The notes below the pieces were generated by a model. That model was not told the DNA's origin, ran no database searches, and saw only the letters and a list, made by a program, of their open reading frames with translations. Below are positions 9,068 to 18,826 of a DNA stretch of 64,000 nt, piece by piece. Source of the stretch: an uncultured Acidobacteriota bacterium (GTDB lineage: Bacteria; Acidobacteriota; Vicinamibacteria; Vicinamibacterales; UBA8438); contig CAJWLU010000003.1 in NCBI GenBank assembly GCA_913043225.1, positions 139,545 to 203,544 on the forward strand, in the 5' to 3' direction. The position numbers and the translations under genes were made by a program. Positions within the stretch are counted from its first letter, which is position 1, and the number at the start of each line of letters is the position of its first letter.

Positions 9068-10906
9068 CTAGCGTCCGGGTATAGCGGTGTTCAGTAGCTC
9101 GGCCGACGGGTCGAGCCGGTCCCAGAGGAACCCGCCGAACCGGATCAGGACCGCGATTATGGCTGCCAGTGGCGCGGCCGTGAGGAGACCCAGAAGCGGC
9201 AGTTGCCAGGCGCCGAGGGCCACATTTAGCACCTGTATCTGCACGAGCAGCCAGGTGCCGCTCACGATGACTCCCGGAAGCAGCCCGATGGTCATCGCGA
9301 CCATCAACCCCAGGCTGGTGATGAGACCCTGTCCGATATGGGCGGCAGAGCCGGCCCGCCGCCGCCCGAGCTGGACCCAGCTGGGCCAGACGAGCGCCAC
9401 CAGGTTCTGGAGCGTGGCTGACAAGGTGGCGACGGTCGCAACCAATGGTATGAGGGTGAGTAGGGCGGCCGCCAGGACCCCGAGAGGTGTCGTGCCCAGA
9501 GCTGTCGCGGTGTCGCTCACGAGCATGACGTCGTCCACCCCAAGGTGCCTGGTGGCGACGCCGGCTATCAACAGGACGCCGGTCGCCAGTGTGGCATACA
9601 GGCTCGCGATGATGGCCGGGCCCGCCACTTCGGCGCCGAACAGTCGCCATCCAGCGACGGGCCAGGTGCGGATCAGTTCCGCGCGTAGCAGGTCGGTCCT
9701 CAGGTCGTTGCGCCACTGGTGACCCGCGGTCAGTGGCGTCATGACCAGGACCATGAGCGCGCCAACCACGAGAATGCCGATTAGCCAGATGGGCAGCGAA
9801 ACCCACGTGACGGCGGCCGTCGCCGCCGTCAGGATGAGCAGAGCGCTCGCGCCGATCGTGGTCAGCGGGGTGCGATGGGCGAGCATCAGGTTCTTCCAGA
9901 GGATGCCGAGCTCCGGTCGCCCCTGGGGACGGAGCCGGAACGGCGCCGCCCGCCGTTGCGACTGCTTCAACTTCAGGAACCGGGCTCCCGCCTCCTGGCT
10001 GGCGGCTAGACGCCGTGATCGGGCCAGGGAGGCGTCTTCAAAGCTCGCTTGGGAGCGCACGACCCACTCGTTGTGCGCGAACACCAGCAGCGCTGGCCAC
10101 ACCAGTAGCCCCAACCGTTCGACCACCGTTAACTCCATGTCGAGCCCACCCAGCACGACTCTGGACAACCAGCGGAACGGTAGAACTAGCACTGACAGCG
10201 CTGGATGATGCTCGCGGAACCAGTCGGGGGAGAGTGGCCCTTGCAGCGTCGTTGAGACGTCTCCCTGGATGTCTGGCACCGACGCGACGAGCGCCGCGAT
10301 AGCGGGCGCGACCATCATCAGTACTAGGCTTGCCGTGCCAACTACCAGCACCCGTCGGCGCCAGGCCCTGGCGGCCGGGAGCTCGGACAGCTGCGCCATC
10401 CACAGGCCTCGTCCGCGCGCGTGGAGATTCCACAAGGTTAGGAGCAGCCACGTCGTCAGGAGCCGCCAGGCGAACACGGACAGGCGCCCGCCTGATGAGA
10501 AGAACGCGACGATGGCGGCGCCGAAGAGCACGCCCCACTGGCTCCGGAGAACCGCGTATTGGATGATATGCCGTCGACGAAGCGGAGCGGGCAGCAGAAG
10601 ATGCAGCTCCGTCTCGGTGAGTTCAACCAGCGCCTTGCCGTAGGGCCAAAGCCACCAGAGGCTGACGAAAATGAGCAAGAGGAGCGCGCTGGAAAACTCC
10701 AGAAGCGGCGCCCATTCGGAGACGTCCTCGACCAGGTAGAGGGCCGCGTCACGATTGATCTGTAGCATCGGACGAAGCGCGAACAGCCCCACCCAGGTGG
10801 CGCCCGCCAGGGTGCCCACCAGATACCGGGGCTGCTTCATCAGGCGGAGCCAGCCGACCACCCGCCCGCGGAGTGACCGCCACGCCAGATAGAGCAGCGG
10901 GCTCAT
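9068..10906 (-). CDS. Polytopic membrane protein, putative ABC exporter permease
   Basis: 612 aa with at least 10 hydrophobic segments. There is a 4-nt start/stop overlap with the upstream ABC ATPase gene (10903-10906). Confidence 0.7.
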   Translation of the reverse strand: MSPLLYLAWRSLRGRVVGWLRLMKQPRYLVGTLAGATWVGLFALRPMLQINRDAALYLVEDVSEWAPLLEFSSALLLLIFVSLWWLWPYGKALVELTETELHLLLPAPLRRRHIIQYAVLRSQWGVLFGAAIVAFFSSGGRLSVFAWRLLTTWLLLTLWNLHARGRGLWMAQLSELPAARAWRRRVLVVGTASLVLMMVAPAIAALVASVPDIQGDVSTTLQGPLSPDWFREHHPALSVLVLPFRWLSRVVLGGLDMELTVVERLGLLVWPALLVFAHNEWVVRSQASFEDASLARSRRLAASQEAGARFLKLKQSQRRAAPFRLRPQGRPELGILWKNLMLAHRTPLTTIGASALLILTAATAAVTWVSLPIWLIGILVVGALMVLVMTPLTAGHQWRNDLRTDLLRAELIRTWPVAGWRLFGAEVAGPAIIASLYATLATGVLLIAGVATRHLGVDDVMLVSDTATALGTTPLGVLAAALLTLIPLVATVATLSATLQNLVALVWPSWVQLGRRRAGSAAHIGQGLITSLGLMVAMTIGLLPGVIVSGTWLLVQIQVLNVALGAWQLPLLGLLTAAPLAAIIAVLIRFGGFLWDRLDPSAELLNTAIPGR

Positions 10907-11637
10907 GAGCCGCCGTCAGCGCCTGTCGCCCGCAGGAAGAGCGTTTCGAGATCGGCGTCCGCGTCCACATCTGGCAACTCGGCGCGGATCTCGGTGAGGG
11001 TGCCCTCGAGTACCGTGCGACCCTGGTTCACGATCAGGACCCGGTCGCACACCTCTTCCACCAGATGCAGCATGTGCGAGGAGATGATGATCGCCGCTCC
11101 GTTATCGGCGGTCTGCCGGACCGTCCGTTTCATTTGGCGCATGGCGGCTGGGTCCAGACCGGTCAGCGGCTCGTCGAGCACCAGGACCCGTGGCCGATGG
11201 AGGAGTGCGCAGGCGACCACGAGCTTCTGCTTCATGCCCCTCGATAGCTCGGTGGGAAACGCGAGCTCTCGGCCAGTCAGTGCCGCGTCACGGAGTAGCG
11301 TATCGGCGTGCGCCTGACCATCGTCAACTCTGTAAAGTCGAGCGAAGAGGGTGAGGTGGTCTCTCACCGTCAGGTGGTCGAAGAGATACGGCTCATCCGG
11401 AACAAAGGCGAGACATTGTCGCGCCTCGGTCGGGCGGTGGCGAAGGTCGAAACCAGCGATGGTGATACGACCGGATGTGGCTGGGATGATGCCGGCCAGA
11501 CAGCGGAGCGTAGTGGTCTTGCCGGCGCCATTGGGCCCTACCAGGCCAAGGATCTGGCCCGGTTCCACGCGGAGCGAGAGGCCGTCGACGCCTTTGATGC
11601 CGTCGTACGCCTTCACGAGGTTAGTGATCTCGATCAC
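10903..11637 (-). CDS. ABC transporter ATP-binding protein
   Basis: Walker A GPNGAGKTT, signature LSRGMKQK, Walker B VLVLDEPLTGLD and H-loop SSHML are all present. Confidence 0.92.
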   Translation of the reverse strand: MIEITNLVKAYDGIKGVDGLSLRVEPGQILGLVGPNGAGKTTTLRCLAGIIPATSGRITIAGFDLRHRPTEARQCLAFVPDEPYLFDHLTVRDHLTLFARLYRVDDGQAHADTLLRDAALTGRELAFPTELSRGMKQKLVVACALLHRPRVLVLDEPLTGLDPAAMRQMKRTVRQTADNGAAIIISSHMLHLVEEVCDRVLIVNQGRTVLEGTLTEIRAELPDVDADADLETLFLRATGADGGS

Positions 11638-12182
11638 AGGTGTCCCTCGCCAGTCTGTCGAGATTGTGTGCCGGATGTCCAGCGCCGCGAGAATTGGGGA
11701 ACTAAGGGATCGTTGGTCGGTTGAGCTGCGGAGGTCGGTGCATAGGGATCTGTCGCGTCACGACACGAGCAGCAAGTAGTCGTCGCCGGTGACCGCCCGC
11801 GTGCCGCGGTCGTCGTCCACTGCAGGCAGCGAGCGGGCCACAGTCGTTTCGCAGTGGACAAGAGTCAGTTTTCCCGACGTGCCTAGCTTGGTCACCAGCG
11901 CTGCTGCGGTGGGGTTGGTGCTAGGTTGGGGAGGGCAACCACCGCTCTCACGTGCATAGACCAGTATTCCCGAGCGGCTGACGTTCGCCGTCGTGTCCCG
12001 TCGCTAGGTCGTCTCGTCGCCGATCTGCCCACCACAGCAACATCGCGGCTACCATCCAGAGCTCAGATGGCATGACACAAGCATTTAAATTGCAGTCACT
12101 TACTGGTATTGACGGAAATCCGTCACAGAAATTGCGGTATGTTCCGCGTTACGGAATTGTTCGTTCGTGCGAGTTCTTGCCA

Positions 12183-12210
12183 CTTGAGGGGGAACTTGGG
12201 TCCCCTCAAG
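12183..12210 (-). terminator. GC-rich stem-loop downstream of gene 12231..13469
   Basis: CTTGAGGGG (12183-12191) pairs with CCCCTCAAG (12202-12210), about 20 nt after the stop codon. There is no clear U-tract. Confidence 0.4.
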
Positions 12211-12230
12211 CGAGCGAGCGCGTCAGACCG

Positions 12231-13469
12231 CTACTGGCGGGGGCGAGCGCTTCGGCCTGAAGATCCGCCGCGGGAATAGCCGCCTGGAGACGCTTGACGG
12301 CCGCCCGAGCTGCCGCCGCTCGGGCGGCCAGTGGCGGCCTGGGTTCCACCATTCCCATTGTCACCGCGCCGTGGGGCGGTGCGTTCAGCGGGAAACGCAA
12401 CACGGTCGATCTGGGTGTAGCCCCGATCCTTGTAGGCACGCCCCCGCGTCCCGAACTCCCCACCGCCGGGTACCACCGCGTATGACGTGGCCGGTCCCAG
12501 GTAGTAGAGCGAGTCGTACGGCGACCAGCCGTAGTAGTAGCCAAACGGGGCCGCATAGTAGGGATACCAGCCGCTGAACGCGTAGGGGTCGTACGCTCCG
12601 AATCTGTGGGCGTTGGCTCCGTCCCATCCGCCTCCTCCGCTTGAGCGCTGCAGCGAGAACGCTTCTGGGAACGACAACGCGACCATCAGATCGATGACGC
12701 TCGCCGGGACGCCGCTGTCGTCGAGGCGAACGACCGCGCGCCCATTTAGGTCGAAGGAGGCTTGACTCTCGACGAGCAGCGCCTCCACGACCGCTGGGTC
12801 GGCGATCTGGCCTGCCTCGATTACGTCGTCGAGCGACAGCGGAGAACTGCTGTTCATCCGCGCGGCATTCACCGCGCGTGCCTGCTCGGTTGAGTCTGGC
12901 TCTTCGCCCCCAGCCGCGTGGATCGTGGCCTCATTGGCGCGGCGGTACCGCCTGACCGTCACCGCCCCCCTACTGCCTGAGTCTACGAACTGGAGATCCA
13001 GCCAGGTACGCTCGTCGGCCATCAGACCCACGCCGGAGACCCGGCGGCTGCTGCCCTCGCAGACCAGCTCGGCCTGGGTGAACAGTCTGGCGCCGTCGCG
13101 AGACCAACGGTTCCGCCGCCAGCCGTCACAGGTCTCCTCATTGATGGTGTGCTGTGCGCCGTCGGCGATCAGGGTCTCGGTTAGTACCGCTGTGCCGTCG
13201 GCCACTGTAGTGGCGCGGACAGACGCCGGCTTGTCGTCGGCTTTGATGCAGACTACGACCCGGTCGGCGAAGCGTCGGGGATCCGCGGTCTCTTCTCCGA
13301 GCGCTCCGGTCTCCTCCACCAACTGCCAGCATCCCATCCACGGGAGCCAGCGTTCATCTGCCGTCCCGGTTTGCGCCGGCTGCGCCCCAGCGAGCGTAGC
13401 TGTCAGCAGCAACGCGCCGACGCTGTAGGTGACCCGCTCGACGATTCTGGAGAGGTGGTGCTGGGGCAT
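12231..13469 (-). CDS. Secreted hypothetical protein with an aromatic/Gly-rich low-complexity C-terminal region
   Basis: 412 aa with a signal-like N-terminus (VGALLLTATLAGAQPAQ). The C-terminal third contains YDPYAFSGWYPYYAAPFGYYYGWSPYDSLYYLG, then a GGSSGG/RGG tail. Confidence 0.6.
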   Translation of the reverse strand: MPQHHLSRIVERVTYSVGALLLTATLAGAQPAQTGTADERWLPWMGCWQLVEETGALGEETADPRRFADRVVVCIKADDKPASVRATTVADGTAVLTETLIADGAQHTINEETCDGWRRNRWSRDGARLFTQAELVCEGSSRRVSGVGLMADERTWLDLQFVDSGSRGAVTVRRYRRANEATIHAAGGEEPDSTEQARAVNAARMNSSSPLSLDDVIEAGQIADPAVVEALLVESQASFDLNGRAVVRLDDSGVPASVIDLMVALSFPEAFSLQRSSGGGGWDGANAHRFGAYDPYAFSGWYPYYAAPFGYYYGWSPYDSLYYLGPATSYAVVPGGGEFGTRGRAYKDRGYTQIDRVAFPAERTAPRRGDNGNGGTQAATGRPSGGSSGGRQASPGGYSRGGSSGRSARPRQ

Positions 13470-13496
13470 GGTGTCCTCATGCGCTACGGAGGTGAA

Positions 13497-14306
13497 TCAG
13501 AAGACGAACTCGAGACCGCCCGTGATCCGGAGCCCGCTCAGTTCGATGGTATCAAAGCCGACGAAATAGTCTGACGGGCGAGTGCGCGCCCACGCCTGCC
13601 GCGCCTCCAGGGTAAGAAATATCTGTTTCCGCACTGCGATGCTGACTCCGCCGAAGACGTGTCCGCTCCAGGCCCACCCGCGGGTCCGGAAATCGTCGGT
13701 GAAGATGCTGAGGTCCACGAAGTCGACGAAGTCGCCGAACTGCTGAAATTGATACCACTGGCCACCGCCTCCGGCTCCAACAAAGGGTGCCATTCGCCTG
13801 GGCACCCAGGCGAAGCGCCCGATCTGGCGGCCCCGCGGAACGAGCCACAGCCGGAGGCTGCCCTGCACCGGGACTCTCGTGAACTCGGTGGCCTGCGTAA
13901 TCGGGAGTCCGTCGTCTTCGACGAACTCGCGGTACTCCGATTGCACTCTCGCCTGGCTGAAGCCGACCTCCGCTAGCAGATCAAGCCGCGAGGTTAGGGC
14001 GCGGCCGGCCGAAAGGCGCACCGCGACGGTGTCGAAATCGCCGTCCTCGATCGTTAACTCGTTTCGAACGAAGTCGAAGAGGTCGCCGGTGTCGGTACCG
14101 GCTAGCCAACCTCCAGCGATTCCGAGCACCGTCCGCGGCTGCCCGAACAGAAAATCGGCCCCTGGGGGGGACGCTGGCTGCGCCGCGGTGCCGGATCTCG
14201 GAGCCTCCTCGGAGGAGCCGGCCGCGCTTGGCAGCGGTGCCAGGAGCAGTGCGATGAGAGGCACCAACGTAGACCGAAGCAGAGAACGGGGGCGGGGATC
14301 AGACAT
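13497..14306 (-). CDS. Outer-membrane beta-barrel protein (small OMP family)
   Basis: Signal peptide (LVPLIALLLAPLPSAAG), alternating beta-strand pattern and a C-terminal ...ITGGLEFVF ending in Phe. Confidence 0.65.
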   Translation of the reverse strand: MSDPRPRSLLRSTLVPLIALLLAPLPSAAGSSEEAPRSGTAAQPASPPGADFLFGQPRTVLGIAGGWLAGTDTGDLFDFVRNELTIEDGDFDTVAVRLSAGRALTSRLDLLAEVGFSQARVQSEYREFVEDDGLPITQATEFTRVPVQGSLRLWLVPRGRQIGRFAWVPRRMAPFVGAGGGGQWYQFQQFGDFVDFVDLSIFTDDFRTRGWAWSGHVFGGVSIAVRKQIFLTLEARQAWARTRPSDYFVGFDTIELSGLRITGGLEFVF

Positions 14307-14336
14307 TCATGGCCACGGCGGGCAGGCACTAATCTC

Positions 14337-15542
14337 ATGCTACCGTTCAAGCACCGGGCAGACCGATTCGCATGCTATCACCAACCACACGCAGCGTGCT
14401 CGACTGGCTACGTCTTAGCCTTGGCGGCGCCGTTCTGGGGTTGGCGTTGCTGGCCACCCTTCCCCCAGCCAACGCTCAGATCTGGCTGTTGTCGGTGCCG
14501 TTACTTGAGGGTGGCTACTGGTCGGTCATCCTGCTGCCGCTCTTGTGCTGGCCGCGCTGGCGCGCTCGTCGGCGGGTCTCTCGGGGTAATCGGGGTGCTG
14601 TTACTCGTCGCGCCGGTTGTCACCGCCCTTTCGGTAGGGCACCAATTTCCCGCGCAGTTCGCCCAGGCCTTTCCTGACCGCCCGGCTGCCCTCGACGGGC
14701 CGGCTCGCCAGGCGCCGCTCGTCCTAAGCGACCTCTTCCTGGGCGTGCGATCGGAAGATGTGGTGGTGAAAGAGCGCGTCTTCGACGTTGTCGACGGCGT
14801 CGAGCTGGTGCTGGACGTTTACCGGCCGTCGGCGCAACACCCGCCGCTTCCTGGTGTGGTGATGGTCCACGGCGGATCCTGGCAGGGTGGTAGTCGCAAG
14901 GATTTCCCGGCTCTGAACCGCTACCTCGCCGCGCGCGGCTATGTGGTTGCCGCGATTTCGTATCGCTTCTCGCCGCGGTTCCTGTTCCCTGCCGCGCTGG
15001 ACGATGTCTCGGCCGCTCTTGGGTATCTCGAGGCCCATGCACTGGAGCTTGGCCTCGACCGCGACCGACTCGCGTTGGTGGGGCGGTCGGCTGGTGGACA
15101 GCTGGCGCTCATTGCCGGTTATCGGCTCGATCATCCAGCCATCAAGGCGGTGGTGTCCCTTTATGGCCCGGTCGCTCTACGGTGGGGCTTCTTCAATCCC
15201 GCCAAGCGCTCGATCATCGACTCGAGCGCCGTCCTCGAAGCGTATCTCGGGGGATCGCCCACGACCCACGGCTCCCAGTACGATGCCGCCTCGCCGCTGG
15301 CGCACGTGGGACACCACACCCCGCCGACGCTACTTGTGAGCGGGGCCAGAGACGAATTAGTCTCTCCGTTCCACGCCGAATTCCTGTCCGATCGGCTCAT
15401 CCGTGCCGACGTGCCGCATGTGGTGGTGCGGCTGCCGTGGGGTGTACACGGGTGCGATTTCTTCTTCCGCGGGCCTTGTGGGCAGTTGTCGACGTTTGCC
15501 GTGGAGCGGTTCCTGGCGGCAGCGCTGGGAACGCCCGGCTGA
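14337..15542 (+). CDS. Alpha/beta hydrolase (esterase/lipase, fold-3 type); the N-terminal membrane region appears frameshifted
   Basis: VMVHGGSWQGGSRKD oxyanion block and nucleophile elbow GRSAGG. A much more protein-like N-terminus (MLSPTTRSVLDWLRLSLGGAVLGLALLATLPP...) lies in a different frame (ORF 14372..14677). See findings. Confidence 0.75.
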   Translation: MLPFKHRADRFACYHQPHAACSTGYVLALAAPFWGWRCWPPFPQPTLRSGCCRCRYLRVATGRSSCCRSCAGRAGALVGGSLGVIGVLLLVAPVVTALSVGHQFPAQFAQAFPDRPAALDGPARQAPLVLSDLFLGVRSEDVVVKERVFDVVDGVELVLDVYRPSAQHPPLPGVVMVHGGSWQGGSRKDFPALNRYLAARGYVVAAISYRFSPRFLFPAALDDVSAALGYLEAHALELGLDRDRLALVGRSAGGQLALIAGYRLDHPAIKAVVSLYGPVALRWGFFNPAKRSIIDSSAVLEAYLGGSPTTHGSQYDAASPLAHVGHHTPPTLLVSGARDELVSPFHAEFLSDRLIRADVPHVVVRLPWGVHGCDFFFRGPCGQLSTFAVERFLAAALGTPG

Positions 15543-15628
15543 CCCGCGTTCAAGGTTTGTCCTGGTAACCCTAGGGTAGAATCGATCCATCCTGTCCCGT
15601 TCCGCACTCCAGTCTACGGAGGTCGTTC

Positions 15629-17170
15629 ATGGCACGCCTGATTGTCGCTGTCGTCCTGTTGTTTTCGCTTGCCGGTTCAGCGCACGCCCAGTTTGACAGT
15701 GTCGGTTCGCTCGAGTTTCCGACGTCAGGTGCTCCAGAAGCGCAGCAGCACTTCCTCAGAGGTGTGGCTATTCTTCACAGCTTTGGATGGAAACAGGCAA
15801 TCGAGGAATTCCAGGCGGCGCAGCGTCTGGATCCGGACTTCGCCCTCGCCTATTGGGGCGAGACGCTCTGCTACAACCATCCGCTCTTCGTGACGGCTCC
15901 CGACGACGAGAACCCTCGGGCCGTGCTCGATCGACTGGGGCCCACTCCGGAGGCGCGTCAGGCCAAGGCGCCAACCGATCGTGAGAAGGGTTTCCTGCGG
16001 GCTGTTGAGATCCTATGGGGTGAGGGCGACTACAACGATCGCCGCGTCGCCTACATGGAGGCGATGATCCGGTTGCACGATCGGTTTCCTGACGACGATG
16101 AGGTCGCGGCCTTCACCGCCGTGGCGATGCTGAGCGCGGCACGGGCGCTGAATGATCGGACCTTTCGCTATGAGATGCAGGCGGGTGCGATTGCATTGAA
16201 GGTGTTCGGTAAGAAGCCGGACCATCCCGGGGCGCCGCACTACGCGATTCACGCATTCGATGACCCCACGCACGCACCCCTCGCGCTGCTGGCGGCCTTG
16301 CGTTACGCCGAGATCGCGCCGGCGGTGTCGCACGCTCGGCATATGCCGACCCACATCTTCATCCAGCACGGTATGTGGCAGCTTGTGTCGGAGCACAACC
16401 AGAGTGCGTATGACGCGGCTCGGGCGCTGTGGCAGCCTGGCGATAGCGTGGGCGATGGCGTGCATGCACTCGATTGGGGGCAGTACGGCGACCTTCAGCT
16501 CGGCGACTACGCGAAGGCGCGCACCTGGATGGAACGGCTGCAGATGGTGGCCGACCAGAGTGACGGCCAGGCACGGGCCGTTAACAGCATCGGGTTGCTC
16601 CGCGCCCGCTATGTCGTGGAGACCGAGGCATGGAACGTGGTGCCGGTTACCGAGGAACTGTCGGCGCCGGAGTTGCTTGCCACCGGGTTGAGCGGCGTCA
16701 AGACGGGTGACCTCAATACCGCCGAGCAGGCCATTGCCCGGCTCGAGGATTTGGCCGAGGATGACCAGTCGGCTCGGATTATGCACCGGGAGGTGGCAGC
16801 GTTGCTCGCGCTCGCGCGGGGAGACGGCGACGGGGCGGTCGCGCTGATGGACGAGGCCCTTGAGGTGGTTGCCGATATGCGGCTGCCTAACGGCGCTGCT
16901 AATCCAGTCAAGCCACCCTACGAGCTGTATGGCGAGATCCTGCTCATGCTCGACCGTCCGAAGGAGGCGCGCGACAGGTTCGAGACGTCGCTGCTGCGTA
17001 TGCCGGGCCGATCACGGTCTCTGCTTGGCGCGGCCCGCGCAGCGAGTGCCGCCGGTGATCAAACGGGCGCTACTGGGTACTACCGCACCCTGCTGTCGAA
17101 CTGGACAGGTCGCGACCAGCTGCCGGAGTACGGAGAGGCAGCACGCTTCGTCGACCAGACCAACAACTAG
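15629..17170 (+). CDS. Secreted TPR-like repeat protein
   Basis: Signal peptide MARLIVAVVLLFSLAGSAHA. Helical repeat composition throughout (e.g. AIEEFQAAQRLDPDFALAYWG). Confidence 0.7.
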   Translation: MARLIVAVVLLFSLAGSAHAQFDSVGSLEFPTSGAPEAQQHFLRGVAILHSFGWKQAIEEFQAAQRLDPDFALAYWGETLCYNHPLFVTAPDDENPRAVLDRLGPTPEARQAKAPTDREKGFLRAVEILWGEGDYNDRRVAYMEAMIRLHDRFPDDDEVAAFTAVAMLSAARALNDRTFRYEMQAGAIALKVFGKKPDHPGAPHYAIHAFDDPTHAPLALLAALRYAEIAPAVSHARHMPTHIFIQHGMWQLVSEHNQSAYDAARALWQPGDSVGDGVHALDWGQYGDLQLGDYAKARTWMERLQMVADQSDGQARAVNSIGLLRARYVVETEAWNVVPVTEELSAPELLATGLSGVKTGDLNTAEQAIARLEDLAEDDQSARIMHREVAALLALARGDGDGAVALMDEALEVVADMRLPNGAANPVKPPYELYGEILLMLDRPKEARDRFETSLLRMPGRSRSLLGAARAASAAGDQTGATGYYRTLLSNWTGRDQLPEYGEAARFVDQTNN

Positions 17171-17238
17171 CGGATAGGCAGGTGGACCCGCCCGGGTCCG
17201 CCCCAGCCGTTCACTGTTTCCCGAGCCAGCGTTGACAT

Positions 17239-17280
17239 CCACGGCGGGCCGGTGCGCCTCGGCGTGCGGGCCCGCCGTGG
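17239..17280 (+). terminator. 12-bp GC stem-loop after the TPR gene
   Basis: CCACGGCGGGCC (17239-17250) pairs with GGCCCGCCGTGG (17269-17280), about 70 nt after the stop at 17170. Confidence 0.4.
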
Positions 17281-17482
17281 GATGGGACCGTGTCTACGTC
17301 AATAGTCGTCTCATTGGCGTTCGCCATGATCTGGCAGTGCTGCTGTGCCTTGCTTCGCTAGGAATGGTCCGTCCGAGACCGAGCGCCCGTCCGTATCTCC
17401 TGGACGCCTCCCATCTGATCCCGTGCGCTACGCCGGTTGTTGGCCTCCGTGCGATAATGCGCCGCTCTCGCGAGATCTCACG

Positions 17483-18826
17483 ATGATCGTCATGAAGTTC
17501 GGCGGCAGCTCGTTGGGGACGAGCGCAGCGCTGACTCGGGTGGCCGACATCGTGTCGGGACGGGTGTCCCGCCGGCCGGTGGTGGTGGTGTCCGCTATCG
17601 GTGGCACGACCGATCGGCTCGTCGCCGCCATCGAAACCGCCGCGGAGGGGCGTCTTGAGGCTGCCCTCGACCTGATTGGCGACCTCGTCACCGAACTCCG
17701 CCGGGTGGCGGCTCCGGCCGTCGAAGATGCTGACGCCCTCGACCGTTTGCTGGCCGAGCACGCCGAGGCGTTGACGGGACTGCTGGGCGAGGTTCCCGAG
17801 CCGACCCGCTTCGGGGAACGCACCGACGCCGTCCTGTCGCACGGTGAGCGCATCTCGAGCATGGTCGTGACCTGGGTGCTCCGCGTCCGGGGGGTCGATG
17901 CGGTGCACATCGACGCCCGCGACGTGGTGGTGACCGACGACCGGTTTACCGAGGCGGCGCCCCGGTTGTCGACGACCTACGCGCGGCTCAGCCGCCGGGT
18001 GCGTCCGGTTGGGGCCGAGGGGCGCGTGGTCGTGCTCGGCGGTTTCATTGGTCGCTCGACCGACGGTCGATCGACCACGCTGGGCCGCGGAGGATCCGAC
18101 TACAGCGCGTCCATCGTTGGTGCCGGTATCGGCGCCGAAGAGATCCAGATCTGGACCGACGTGGACGGCATCATGACCGCCGATCCCTCGGTCGTGTCCA
18201 CTGCGAAGCCGATCGAGCATCTGTCATTCGCTGAGGCCTCGGAGCTGGCTTACTTCGGTGCGAGAGTGCTGCACCCGAGCACCATGTTGCCGGCCATCGA
18301 GCACGGGATCCCGGTGCGGGTCCTTAACTCGACTCGTCCCGATGTTAGCGGCACTCTGATCGAGGCGGACGGTCGCCCTTCACCCAGACCGATCAAGTCG
18401 ATTGCTTATAAGGAGGGTATTACGGTCGTTGACATCCGTTCTACCCGGATGTTGATGGCCCACGGGTTTTTGGCTGAGGCGTTCGCCATCTTCGATCGCC
18501 ATCGCACCGCGGTGGATGTCGTCTCCACCTCCGAGGTGGGGGTGTCGCTGACCATCGATTGTGATGAGCGGCTCGATGAGATCACCGCGGAGCTCGCCTC
18601 CATCGCCGAGGTGTCACACACTGCCGGGCAAGCGCTCGTCTGTCTAGTCGGAGACGCCATAAGAGACACCCCGGGGGTAGCCGCGGTGATCTTTGGCGCC
18701 TTGCAGGCGGTGAATGTCAGGATGGTCTCGCAGGGTAGTTCGCGCATGAACCTCAGCCTCGTCATCGGTGAACACGATCTGACCGAGGCGATCGGCGCGC
18801 TGCACGCCGCGCTGTTCGCCGATTGA
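17483..18826 (+). CDS. lysC: Aspartate kinase
   Basis: ATG at 17483 gives MIVMKFGGSSLGTS. Also TLGRGGSDYSA, EIQIWTDVDGIMTADP and C-terminal ACT-domain-like repeats. Confidence 0.92.
   Translation: MIVMKFGGSSLGTSAALTRVADIVSGRVSRRPVVVVSAIGGTTDRLVAAIETAAEGRLEAALDLIGDLVTELRRVAAPAVEDADALDRLLAEHAEALTGLLGEVPEPTRFGERTDAVLSHGERISSMVVTWVLRVRGVDAVHIDARDVVVTDDRFTEAAPRLSTTYARLSRRVRPVGAEGRVVVLGGFIGRSTDGRSTTLGRGGSDYSASIVGAGIGAEEIQIWTDVDGIMTADPSVVSTAKPIEHLSFAEASELAYFGARVLHPSTMLPAIEHGIPVRVLNSTRPDVSGTLIEADGRPSPRPIKSIAYKEGITVVDIRSTRMLMAHGFLAEAFAIFDRHRTAVDVVSTSEVGVSLTIDCDERLDEITAELASIAEVSHTAGQALVCLVGDAIRDTPGVAAVIFGALQAVNVRMVSQGSSRMNLSLVIGEHDLTEAIGALHAALFAD

Noticed and set aside
17171-17482. Possible lysine riboswitch (L-box) upstream of lysC
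   Set aside because: I could not find the conserved L-box core elements by eye. Only a GC stem-loop that looks like the terminator of the upstream gene is present. An Infernal scan would be needed to be sure.
16013-18220. Minus-strand ORFs of 257 aa (16013..16786) and 308 aa (17294..18220)
   Set aside because: They are antisense to the TPR protein gene and lysC respectively, and I recognise no domains in them.
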